Below, piece after piece: positions 1 to 7,973 of a DNA stretch of 64,000 nt. A model generated the notes under the pieces. The model ran no database searches. It was not told the DNA's origin and saw only the letters and a list, made by a program, of their open reading frames with translations. This DNA comes from an uncultured Candidatus Binatia bacterium (GTDB lineage: Bacteria > Desulfobacterota > Binatia > UBA9968 > JAJDTQ01), in contig CBDCOS010000002.1 of assembly GCA_965219905.1 (NCBI GenBank), forward strand, positions 2,287,318-2,351,317. Direction: 5' to 3'. Numbering within the stretch: the first letter of the stretch is position 1; each line of letters begins with the position of its first letter. The position numbers and the translations under genes are program-made.

Positions 1-20
1 TCCGGGACAGGCTGCGGCAC

Positions 21-1781
21 TTGCGAACGTTGACACCACGGACCTGGGTCAGGTTCTTGGCGGAGAGCGGGAAGGGGTTCTTCGCCACGGTGCTCGTGCT
101 CGCCTTCGCCGTGCGCGCGGCCGTGGCTCTCTCCGGCGACTTCGTCCTGCATCCGGACGAGATCATGCAGTACCTGGAGCCTGCGCACCGCCTGGTCTTC
201 GGCAACGGGGTCATCTACTGGGAGTACTTCTACGGCGCGCGCTCCTGGATCATTCCGGGAGCCGTGGCAGGTGTGCTGAAACTGCTGGACGCCATCGGCC
301 TTGGCGAGCCGCGGTGGTACATCGGCGCGGTCAAGCTGGCGTTCTGCGCCGTCTCCCTCGGGATTCCCGCGGGCATGTACTTTTTCGCCCGGCGGCACTA
401 CGGCGAGGCGCCGGCGCGGGTGGCGTTGGTGGCAGGTGCGTTCTGGTACGAGCTCGCCGGCTTCGCGCACAAGCCCATGGCGGAGTTCGTTGCCACCGTT
501 CCGCTCGTGGCGCTGCTGGCGCTCTGCGTGCGGCCCGCTCTGGACGATACCCGAACGGTCCTGCAGGCGGCCTTCCTCGCCGCCATCGCCTCCGCCATAA
601 GGATGCAGTACGCGCCGCTTGCGCTCGTGTTGCTGGGAATCGTGTTCCTGCGTACCCGGAAGAAGGCGCTGCTGGCGGCAGCCATGGCGGGGTTTTGTAT
701 TGCGGTGGGGGTTTTCGACGCGCTTACCTGGGGGGACGGCCTGTTCCACTCCTACCTCACCAACCTCCGCGTCAACCTCGTTATCGCCCCGTTGCGCGCC
801 GGCGAGAGTCCGGCCTATCAGTTCCTCGTGTGGCTTGCCCTCGCCAGCGCCGGCCTCGGCGTGTTGTGCATCGCCGCGGCCCTCCTCCGACCTCGGCGCT
901 ACGGGCTGCTGCTGGTGTTGACGGCCTTGACCCTGGTGCTCCATTCCCTGCAGGCCCACAAGGAGTACCGCTTCGTCTTCGTGATCATTCCGCTCTGGCT
1001 CCTGATCGGCTCGGACCTCGCGGCGCGCCTGGCATCGCAGATGCACGGCCGGCGCCGGCTTGCGGCAGCCGCGGCTGCCGTGTTCGGGGCCGTTTCGCTG
1101 GCCGGAACCATGAACGCCCTGCCGTACCAGGACCGGGTGTACCGGGCATGGTCGAAAGAGACGCGGCACGTGGGTTTCGTGCGCAACCAGGATCCCGTCT
1201 TCGCCGCCTACCGCTACCTCGCCCGCGCGCCCGGCGTCACCGGGGTGTGGCAGCCGGACCGTCCCTATTTCAGCCTGCCGGGGTACTACTACCTTCATCG
1301 CAAGATACCGTTCTATGACCGGTTCTCCGGAAGCGCCCTCGGAAACAGCGCGGTGGCCTCCGTCCTGGTGAGCCACATCGTGACCGAGGACCCGGAGCAT
1401 TCCGTTGCCGGCTACTCCCTGGACCGGGAATTCTCCGGCGTGCGCGTCCTGCGCCGAGACCGGGACCAGCCGCCCGTCCGCCGGTGGCTCGACTACACCC
1501 CCACCATCGTCGGCCGTCTCAAGGCTCGGATCATGGCCCGGATAGACCCGGACGCCCCCGCCCCGCCGGCCAACTGGGGCATCCGTCTGGCCCCCGAGGA
1601 ACGGCCGGTGAGACGGAAGGGGCTCCACGACCGCCGCCGTCTCAGTCACGTTCCAGCCCACCTCATCCATGCTCTCGCGAATAAGCTCGCCCAAGTGCGG
1701 CGGGTTCTGCATCGGGCCGACGCGATCGTTTGCAGTGTCGTTCATGATCAACGCTCCCTTCCGGTCAGTGATAGTCGATAA
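21..1781 (+). CDS. Alg9/PIG-B-like mannosyltransferase (GT22, GT-C fold membrane glycosyltransferase); last ~50 codons probably non-native read-through
   Basis: HPDEIMQYLEPAH, YWEY..GARSW and HKEYRF motifs typical of the PIG-B/Alg9 family; many TM segments; the tail after ~1630 is the antisense of a higA fragment. Confidence 0.8.
   Translation: MRTLTPRTWVRFLAESGKGFFATVLVLAFAVRAAVALSGDFVLHPDEIMQYLEPAHRLVFGNGVIYWEYFYGARSWIIPGAVAGVLKLLDAIGLGEPRWYIGAVKLAFCAVSLGIPAGMYFFARRHYGEAPARVALVAGAFWYELAGFAHKPMAEFVATVPLVALLALCVRPALDDTRTVLQAAFLAAIASAIRMQYAPLALVLLGIVFLRTRKKALLAAAMAGFCIAVGVFDALTWGDGLFHSYLTNLRVNLVIAPLRAGESPAYQFLVWLALASAGLGVLCIAAALLRPRRYGLLLVLTALTLVLHSLQAHKEYRFVFVIIPLWLLIGSDLAARLASQMHGRRRLAAAAAAVFGAVSLAGTMNALPYQDRVYRAWSKETRHVGFVRNQDPVFAAYRYLARAPGVTGVWQPDRPYFSLPGYYYLHRKIPFYDRFSGSALGNSAVASVLVSHIVTEDPEHSVAGYSLDREFSGVRVLRRDRDQPPVRRWLDYTPTIVGRLKARIMARIDPDAPAPPANWGIRLAPEERPVRRKGLHDRRRLSHVPAHLIHALANKLAQVRRVLHRADAIVCSVVHDQRSLPVSDSR
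1632..1745 (-). pseudogene. higA: HigA-family antitoxin, N-terminal fragment
   Basis: Manual translation from ATG 1745 (GGAG RBS): MNDTANDRVGPMQNPPHLGELIRESMDEVGWNVTETAA, then similarity stops before the HTH is complete. Confidence 0.75.
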
Positions 1782-1884
1782 GGTCCACATCCACAGCCTC
1801 GCCGTCCTCGAAGCGGAACGCCACGCGCCAGTTACCGGAGACGCGAACGCTCCACTGGCCCGCACGGCCACCCTTCGGCGGTTG
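1765..1884 (-). pseudogene. higB: HigB/RelE-family toxin, C-terminal fragment
   Basis: Manual translation QPPKGGRAGQWSVRVSGNWRVAFRFEDGEAVDVDLIDYH* matches the HigB C-terminus (HPLKG..WSVRVSGNWR..DYH); 5' part missing; lies directly upstream of the higA fragment. Confidence 0.8.
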
Positions 1885-1900
1885 GTTCTCACACCCGACG
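1871..1900. repeat. Left 30-bp direct repeat (attL-like)
   Basis: 30/30 identical to 5653-5682. Confidence 0.9.
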
Positions 1901-2081
1901 CACCGATGGTGCCTTTTCCGCTTAGGCTCGCCTTCGCATGAACGGACAGAAAGCCCGGTAACTACAGGGTCTTACGGCCCGGCCCGGCCCACGCCGCCGC
2001 GCGGCTTCCCTGACGAAACGCCGCCGCGGCTGCTTCCTGCATTACCGCCCAGCCGCGCGGCACGAACAGGGAGCCGCGACC

Positions 2082-3320
2082 ATGACTAAAAAATCCACCT
2101 TCGCCCGGCGCGTCCGCGCCGCAAAACCCCGAGCGACCAAATACGAAATCCGCGACGACGTGGTGACCGGCCTCGCGCTGACGATCCAGCCCACCGGAGT
2201 CCGCACCTTCTTCCTCGCCCGCATGGTGCGCGGGCGCAGGCGCTACGCCACCATCGGCAGCGCCGACGCCATGACAATCCCCGAGGCGCGGCACGAGGCC
2301 CGCAGGCTGATCGCCAGCTACATCGAACCGGCGAAGCAGGACAGCGGCCCCCGTACGCCGGGGCATCCGATGACCGCCTTCGCCGAGGAGTTCCTCGACC
2401 GGCAGGCCCACCGATGGAAGCCCCGCACCCAGGAAGCCAACAGCCGGTTCGTGCGCAAGGACATCCTGCCCGCCTTCGGCCACCTCACCGTAGACGCCAT
2501 CACGGTCGAACACGTCCGCGACTGGTTCGCCTCCATGAGCGACCGGCCCGGCGTCGCCAACCGAGCCATGCCGGTGCTGTCCATGATGATGCGCATGGCA
2601 GAGCTTTGGGGATACCGCCCCCACAACTCCAATCCCTGCAAGAACACCCGGCGCTACAGGATGAAGCCCGTAGAGCGGTTCCTGACGGCGGAGGAGATGG
2701 CCCGGCTCAACGCCGTGCTGACCCGCGACGAGTTCTGGTGCCCGCACATCGTCGCCATCGTCCGCCTGCTGATGCTGACCGGCTGCCGCTTCGGCGAGAT
2801 CGCCTCGCTGGAATGGGACTGGATCAAGGACAAGCGCATCCACCTTCCCGACTCGAAATCTGGGCCGCGCACGGTCTGGCTGTCGAGCGCCGCGCGGGCG
2901 GTAATCGACGCGATCCCGCGATACAGCGCGGATTGCCCCTGGCTCTTTCCCGCCCGACCGCCGACACGGCCCATCGACAACATCGCCTTCCAGTGGGACC
3001 GCATTCGCGACGAAGCCGGATTGCCCGGCCTGCGGCTGCACGACCTTCGCCACAGCTGGGCGTCCACCGCCGCCATGAACGGCGTGGATATGGTGACCAT
3101 CGCCAGGCTGCTCGGCCATGCGCTGGTCGAGACCACCGAGCGTTATGTCCATCTGTCCGACAGGTCCGTTGCCGACGCTGCTGACCGGGTATCGAACCGC
3201 ATCCATGCGGCCCTGGCTGGAAAGGAGGAAGGTGCAGAGCGCGTGTCCCTCGCTGTGCGTACGGCCCAGGCCGGACCCGATACCCAGCCCAAGGGAGAGT
3301 TCCGCCATGTCCACATTTGA
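2082..3320 (+). CDS. Tyrosine recombinase/integrase 1 (N-terminal arm DNA-binding domain)
   Basis: Arm-type N-terminus (GLALTIQPTGVRTF); catalytic TGCR, DSKSG, HDLRH, LLGH, TERY. Confidence 0.95.
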   Translation: MTKKSTFARRVRAAKPRATKYEIRDDVVTGLALTIQPTGVRTFFLARMVRGRRRYATIGSADAMTIPEARHEARRLIASYIEPAKQDSGPRTPGHPMTAFAEEFLDRQAHRWKPRTQEANSRFVRKDILPAFGHLTVDAITVEHVRDWFASMSDRPGVANRAMPVLSMMMRMAELWGYRPHNSNPCKNTRRYRMKPVERFLTAEEMARLNAVLTRDEFWCPHIVAIVRLLMLTGCRFGEIASLEWDWIKDKRIHLPDSKSGPRTVWLSSAARAVIDAIPRYSADCPWLFPARPPTRPIDNIAFQWDRIRDEAGLPGLRLHDLRHSWASTAAMNGVDMVTIARLLGHALVETTERYVHLSDRSVADAADRVSNRIHAALAGKEEGAERVSLAVRTAQAGPDTQPKGEFRHVHI

Positions 3321-4557
3321 CCTCACCCCGCGCCTTGCCCGCGAGAGCAAGTCCAACGGCAAGGACACCATCCTGTTCGACAAGTCGCTCACCGGTTTCG
3401 GGCTGCGCATCCACCCGTCGGGCCGGAAGGTCTGGATCGTGCAGGCCCGCATCGAGAGGCGGAGCTGCCGCATCGTCATCGCCCGGCACGGCGAGATGGA
3501 GCTTGCCGAGGCCCGCCGCCGCGCCCGTGACATGCTCGCGCGCATCCGCGCGGGCGATAACCCCGCTGACGACATCCGCAGGGAGAGGGAGACCCCGACC
3601 CTGCGGGCGTTCGCGGACGAGTATTTGCGGCGCTGCGAACCCCACTGGAAGCCTTCGGGACGCAGGACCGTGCGCATCTACCTCAAGGCCCGCATCCTGC
3701 CCGCGTTCGGCAGGATGCCGCTGGATGCCGTCGGCGCGCAGGACGTGGCCGCGTGGTTCGACGCGGCGAGCAGGGACAAGCCCGGCGCGGCCAACCGCGC
3801 CCTGGAGATACTGCGCGCGATGATGTTCCGGGCCGAGGAATGGGGATTGCGCGAACGCGGCTCAAACCCCTGTCTCGGTATTGCGAAGAACCCGAGGAAG
3901 CCGGTTGCCCGGTTCCTCGACGCCGACGATCTGGCCCGGCTCGGGCGCGCGCTCGATGCGCACGAAGCACGCTGGCCCGAGGCCGTCGCCGCGATCCGGC
4001 TGCTGGCGCTCACCGGATGCCGCCGCAGCGAAGTGCTCAATCTGCGCTGGCGCGACATCACTGACGACGCCATCAACCTCGCCGACTCGAAAACCGGCCC
4101 GCGCGCGGTGCCGCTCGGCGAGGCCGCGCGGGCGCATGTCGCCGCGCTGCCCCGTGCGCGCGACCCGGACGCCTACCTGTTTCCGCGGTACGCGGAGGCG
4201 CAGGGGCAGTCCAGTCTCATCGCGTGCTGGCGAGCGGTCTGCGCGGATGCGAAGCTCGGCAGCCTGCGCCTGCACGACCTGCGCCATACCGCCGCCAGTC
4301 AAGCAGTCATGGCTGGCGAGAACCTGCCGCTGGTCGGTAAACTGCTTGGTCATCGGCGGCACCGGACCACCGCGGGCTATGCCCACCTTGCGGATGCGCA
4401 CCTTGTCGAGGCGGCGGAGACGGTCGGCACGGTCATTGCCGAGGCGATGCAGGTCGGCGGCGCGGTGCGTCGAGTCGTATCTCGAAGCCGGGATCGCCCC
4501 GCCTCGGCTGGCTCCGGACCCGATCCGGGCGCCTGCATCGGACCCCGCGAATTTTAG
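3307..4557 (+). CDS. Tyrosine recombinase/integrase 2 (N-terminal arm DNA-binding domain)
   Basis: ATG 3307 after AAGGGAG, overlapping the end of integrase 1; GFGLRIHPSGRKVW, TGCR, DSKTG, HDLRH, LLGH, TAGY. Confidence 0.93.
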   Translation: MSTFDLTPRLARESKSNGKDTILFDKSLTGFGLRIHPSGRKVWIVQARIERRSCRIVIARHGEMELAEARRRARDMLARIRAGDNPADDIRRERETPTLRAFADEYLRRCEPHWKPSGRRTVRIYLKARILPAFGRMPLDAVGAQDVAAWFDAASRDKPGAANRALEILRAMMFRAEEWGLRERGSNPCLGIAKNPRKPVARFLDADDLARLGRALDAHEARWPEAVAAIRLLALTGCRRSEVLNLRWRDITDDAINLADSKTGPRAVPLGEAARAHVAALPRARDPDAYLFPRYAEAQGQSSLIACWRAVCADAKLGSLRLHDLRHTAASQAVMAGENLPLVGKLLGHRRHRTTAGYAHLADAHLVEAAETVGTVIAEAMQVGGAVRRVVSRSRDRPASAGSGPDPGACIGPREF

Positions 4558-4773
4558 TGGTCTCCAAGTTCCGGCGAACTCACTTGAGAGAAGGGACCTT
4601 CTCATGAAGAAATTGAAGCTGCCGAAGAAGAGACGCGAGGAGCGCAAGAGCACGTATCCCTCTGCCACGGATGTTGCACCCGAAATGCTTGCTACTTGAT
4701 AATATGCCTTGATCGTGCCAACAGGCTCAACATCATCACGGAACACATCAATTTTACAGGCTGAGGTCAGGAT

Positions 4774-5085
4774 ATGCAGAAAATCACGGCACGTGAGTTC
4801 ACAGGTGAAAAGGCATGGGACGCCTTGGACATCGAGCGAATTGAAGACGCAACCGTGCGGCTTCACTGGACCGATGCACCATACAAATGGCACGTGAACG
4901 ACGGCCCCGAGGTCTTTGTTGTTTTGGACGGTGAGGTAGACATGCACGTTCGCCAGGACGGTGTAGAGAATGTCCTACGTCTGTTGCCAGGCGACATTTT
5001 CCACGCGGAAAACGGCGATGAACATGTTGCCCACCCCGACGGACCAGTCCGTGCGTTGGTCATTGAAAGAGCGGGCAGTATTTAG
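4774..5085 (+). CDS. Cupin domain protein (element cargo)
   Basis: WHVND..EVFVVLDG and GDIFH..GDEH cupin motifs; visibly lower GC than the flanks. Confidence 0.85.
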   Translation: MQKITAREFTGEKAWDALDIERIEDATVRLHWTDAPYKWHVNDGPEVFVVLDGEVDMHVRQDGVENVLRLLPGDIFHAENGDEHVAHPDGPVRALVIERAGSI

Positions 5086-5652
5086 AAGGCGATGATCGCG
5101 GCCACCATTAGGCTGGATAGAGGACTTTCACCTCCACGCTGTCCGCCATGCTCGGCACACCTACCCTGTCGAGTCCGCGGCGCGGTCTGGACCCTTCGGG
5201 CGGGTATCCCTCGCGCTCTGCTCGCTCACGCTTGCCCGGCGGCTCACTTCGTTCACCGCCGCCTACACGACCGGCGGCGGTTGTGTCAGCGCGACCGCTG
5301 GCACGTTCATCAAACCAGCCGGCAGTTGTTTCCGCAATACACCGCGCACTGGTGCCCGCACGACAGCGGACGGTTCCGCCGCCGCCTCCGGCAGTGTACA
5401 GCCCACGACCGCCTGCGGTCCCATCGGCACCGCCATCCTCTCAAGTGTCTCGGCGGCGTCTCCGCATTCCTTCATTGCGATGTTGCCTGGCGCTTCCTAT
5501 ACTTCCGCCCGGAAGCCGCGCGGCGGTTCGGGGACTGTCTCCGCAAGTGCGCGGCGGGCGCTGCCGCTCAGGCGCCGCTTGGGCTAAATGCCGATTGCAC
5601 AACGGCTTTCATCGCCCGACGGATTGAGCGGTCAGGAAGCGCGATCAAGACG

Positions 5653-5682
5653 CCCTTCGGCGGTTGGTTCTCACACCCGACG
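5653..5682. repeat. Right 30-bp direct repeat (attR-like), overlapping the last 12 nt of the host cupin gene
   Basis: Identical to 1871-1900; minus strand 5682-5671 reads CGT CGG GTG TGA (RRV*). Confidence 0.9.
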
Positions 5683-5997
5683 TAGTTCTCCGAACACCGC
5701 GATCCAGATGCACGGCGGCGTGCGGCTGGTGTAGTTCACCCGGTGGCGGCGGTGGGCGGGTATCAGCACATGGTCCCCGGCGCCGAGCCGTCGCGTCTCT
5801 CCGTCTTCGTACTCCAGCACCGCCTCGCCCTGGATCAGCACCACCCATTCGTCGCGGTCCTGGTCGTACCACTCGCCGGGCGACATCTGCCCACGGGAGA
5901 CGATGCGCTCGATCTTCACGCCCCGGTCGGGAATGAGGTCCGTGAACTCCTCCGTATCCGGGAGCGGGTCGGGGATGTCGTAGAGGTTAACCGGCAT
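5671..5997 (-). CDS. Cupin_2 domain protein
   Basis: IERIVSRG, WYDQDRDEWVVLIQG, IPAHRRHRV motifs; overlaps the upstream gene end. Confidence 0.85.
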   Translation of the reverse strand: MPVNLYDIPDPLPDTEEFTDLIPDRGVKIERIVSRGQMSPGEWYDQDRDEWVVLIQGEAVLEYEDGETRRLGAGDHVLIPAHRRHRVNYTSRTPPCIWIAVFGELRRV

Positions 5998-7054
5998 GCT
6001 CCGGCGGCCGGAAGACCGCGAACACCTTGTCGGAGTTGGAGATCCACGACTCCAGGAAGACGATGTCGTCGGGCTTGCGGCCGATCTCGGACATGGCGCC
6101 GGCCAGGGCGAACCAGTTGAGCAGCTCGTGGTGGCCGCGGTCCTCGGCTTCCGGCAGGCTGGTCTTGCGCCAGGTCTCCCAGTCGCCGTCCCGCAGCGCC
6201 TGGAAGTAGCGCTTGTCCGATTCCACGTCCGGGTACATGAAGGCGTGCTTGGCGGTGAGAAACGAGTGCGACCAGCTCGACGAGGCGATCAGCGCCACCC
6301 GCCACGGGCTCTCGGCGAAGGCCCGGGCGGTGGCGGCGCCGATGTCGAAGCAGCGCCAGGGCTGCGGGCCCGGCGGGTCGAACTGGTCCTCGATGTCGCG
6401 GGCGGCGGAAGGCGTCAGCGGGACGCCCCGGCTGCCCACGAGCTTCCGGCCGTAGCTGTTCACGGTGAAGGGCAGTACCGGGTAGGGGAATCCGCGGCGG
6501 TCCCAGTCCAGGTACAGGATGGAGTTCACGAATGCGTGGCCAAGGCCGCGGTGGAGCGGCTTGTAGGAGTAGGCCACGTCGAAGCCGTTGTCCAGCAGGC
6601 TCGACGCCAGGTGTTTGCCGGCCTCCTGGTGCCCCTGGATGGTGAAGACCTTGTCGTCGGGTTCGTCCCACACGTTGGCGCCCCGGCGCATGTGGGTCCA
6701 CGGCTGGGTGTCGACCGTGTCGTAGGCGAGGATGGAGAAGGCCGGCACGCAGTCTTCCTTGTAGTTCTCGTACTGGTCGTCGCCCCACAGCAGGCACAGG
6801 TCGGGCTGGAACTCGTCCAGGGCCTGGCGGGCGATGCGGAAGCGGTCGATGAGGTCCTGGCGGTGCGCTTCCGAGTGGCTCTGGCCGTCGTCCGTGCCCC
6901 ACTGCTCGCGCATGGGCGCGGGCCAGTTCTTCATGTCGCGCAGCCGTTCCGGCAGGCAGGGGTCCTCCAGACACATCTTGATGCGCCGGGTCATGTTCCC
7001 CTGGAACCCGAGTCCGGGGTAGTGGGTGATGCCGAGGCCAAGTATCTCTCCCAT
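5987..7054 (-). CDS. Extradiol ring-cleavage dioxygenase class III (LigB-like)
   Basis: GITHYP, WGDDQYEN, LGHAF, SSSWSH, GHHELLNW motifs; start set at MGEIL (7054). Confidence 0.85.
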   Translation of the reverse strand: MGEILGLGITHYPGLGFQGNMTRRIKMCLEDPCLPERLRDMKNWPAPMREQWGTDDGQSHSEAHRQDLIDRFRIARQALDEFQPDLCLLWGDDQYENYKEDCVPAFSILAYDTVDTQPWTHMRRGANVWDEPDDKVFTIQGHQEAGKHLASSLLDNGFDVAYSYKPLHRGLGHAFVNSILYLDWDRRGFPYPVLPFTVNSYGRKLVGSRGVPLTPSAARDIEDQFDPPGPQPWRCFDIGAATARAFAESPWRVALIASSSWSHSFLTAKHAFMYPDVESDKRYFQALRDGDWETWRKTSLPEAEDRGHHELLNWFALAGAMSEIGRKPDDIVFLESWISNSDKVFAVFRPPEHAG

Positions 7055-7088
7055 GTCCTTCCCCTTAGGCGGCAAACCGCGATGACGT

Positions 7089-7114
7089 GTAGGGGCGACC
7101 GGCGGTCGTCCCCG
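7089..7114. repeat. GTAG-type REP-like palindrome (related copies near 17021, 31742, 33064, 34333)
   Basis: gtaggggcgaccggcggtcgtcccc; gtaagggcgaccggcggtcgcccc at 17021; all intergenic. Confidence 0.6.
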
Positions 7115-7151
7115 TGGCGCGCCGATACCGGTCGTCAATCCCCGCCGCCGC

Positions 7152-7871
7152 TCACGGCAGCGTCCCCAGCAGGCGCCCGTAGCCTTCGACGGGCTCGCGG
7201 ATACGGAGGCGCTTCTGGGTAGCCCACACCTCCGCGTTGAGATTGGTGATCACGGGTACCCCGAGGTCCTCTTCCAGGTACTCGATGGCGGGCATGCAGT
7301 CCCAGCCCGCGCCCAGGAGGTAGACGCACTCTCCGCCGTGCTCGATGAAGGCCTTCTTGGCTTCGCGGTAGATTACCTCGATCGGAATTTCGCCGACGTC
7401 GGAGAAGGCCACGCCTTGGATCTCCCTGACGCCGGTCACCGTGAATCCGGCCTCCTCGATGAAGGCGGCGAACCTGGCGTTCATGGCGCCCTGGATGTAG
7501 GAGAGAACCACCATCGTGCGCACTCCCAGCGCGCGGAAGGCCTCCACCTGCGCGGTGGTCGCGGTGAGCACAGGGACCGAGTACTCCCGGGTGAGCCGCT
7601 CCGTAAGCTCGCCGTCGAAGCGGTAGCCCCGGAGCATGATGGGCGGCACCCCCTGGATCACCACCAGGTCCACCCCGAACTCCGCCAGCTCCGCCACCCT
7701 GGATTCAGCCACGGCGATGGCCTCGTCGAACTCGGCCTCGGTGCCCGCGCGGACGCCGACGTAACGCGGCACGACGCACACTCCGTCCGGCAGGAGCCGC
7801 GTGAAGGTTTCCAGCGAGCCGGGCCGAAACGTCGGCTTCACCACCCCTACCTTGCCGCGCCAGCAGTACAA
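7152..7871 (-). CDS. Maleate isomerase/arylmalonate decarboxylase (Asp/Glu racemase) family protein
   Basis: WRGKVGVVKP N-terminus, PVLTATTAQVEAF, LEEDLGVPVITN; TTG start. Confidence 0.8.
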   Translation of the reverse strand: MYCWRGKVGVVKPTFRPGSLETFTRLLPDGVCVVPRYVGVRAGTEAEFDEAIAVAESRVAELAEFGVDLVVIQGVPPIMLRGYRFDGELTERLTREYSVPVLTATTAQVEAFRALGVRTMVVLSYIQGAMNARFAAFIEEAGFTVTGVREIQGVAFSDVGEIPIEVIYREAKKAFIEHGGECVYLLGAGWDCMPAIEYLEEDLGVPVITNLNAEVWATQKRLRIREPVEGYGRLLGTLP

Positions 7872-7914
7872 GGGCTGTCCTCCCGGTCCTTGAGGTTATC
7901 CTGGCCCCACCCAC

Positions 7915-7945
7915 CCCTGGATTCCAGCTTGCGCGGGAATGACGG
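7915..7945. repeat. dRS3-like REP (GGATTCCCGC-N4-GCGGGAATGACGG family)
   Basis: ctggattccagcttgcgcgggaatgacgg; same family at seven other loci in the window. Confidence 0.75.
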
Positions 7946-7973
7946 TGAGAGGGCACTCACTTGCCCCGCGTCC

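Larger units (their letters stand above)
1871..5682. mobile_element. Integrative element with two tandem tyrosine recombinases and cupin cargo, bounded by 30-bp direct repeats
   Basis: Identical cccttcggcggttggttctcacacccgacg at 1871-1900 and 5653-5682 flank two integrases. Confidence 0.85.

Noticed and set aside
3118-3306. N-terminal extension of integrase 2 in the ORF track
   Set aside because: It overlaps the catalytic end of integrase 1; ATG 3307 has an RBS and matches the start of the arm domain.
4604-4699. Short Lys/Arg-rich ORF after integrase 2 as a possible excisionase
   Set aside because: Only 31 aa with no HTH pattern; cannot be supported.
5092-5685. 197-aa and 159-aa ORFs in the element's right arm
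   Set aside because: Low-complexity Arg/Pro/Ala-rich translations with no recognisable domain; treated as non-coding.
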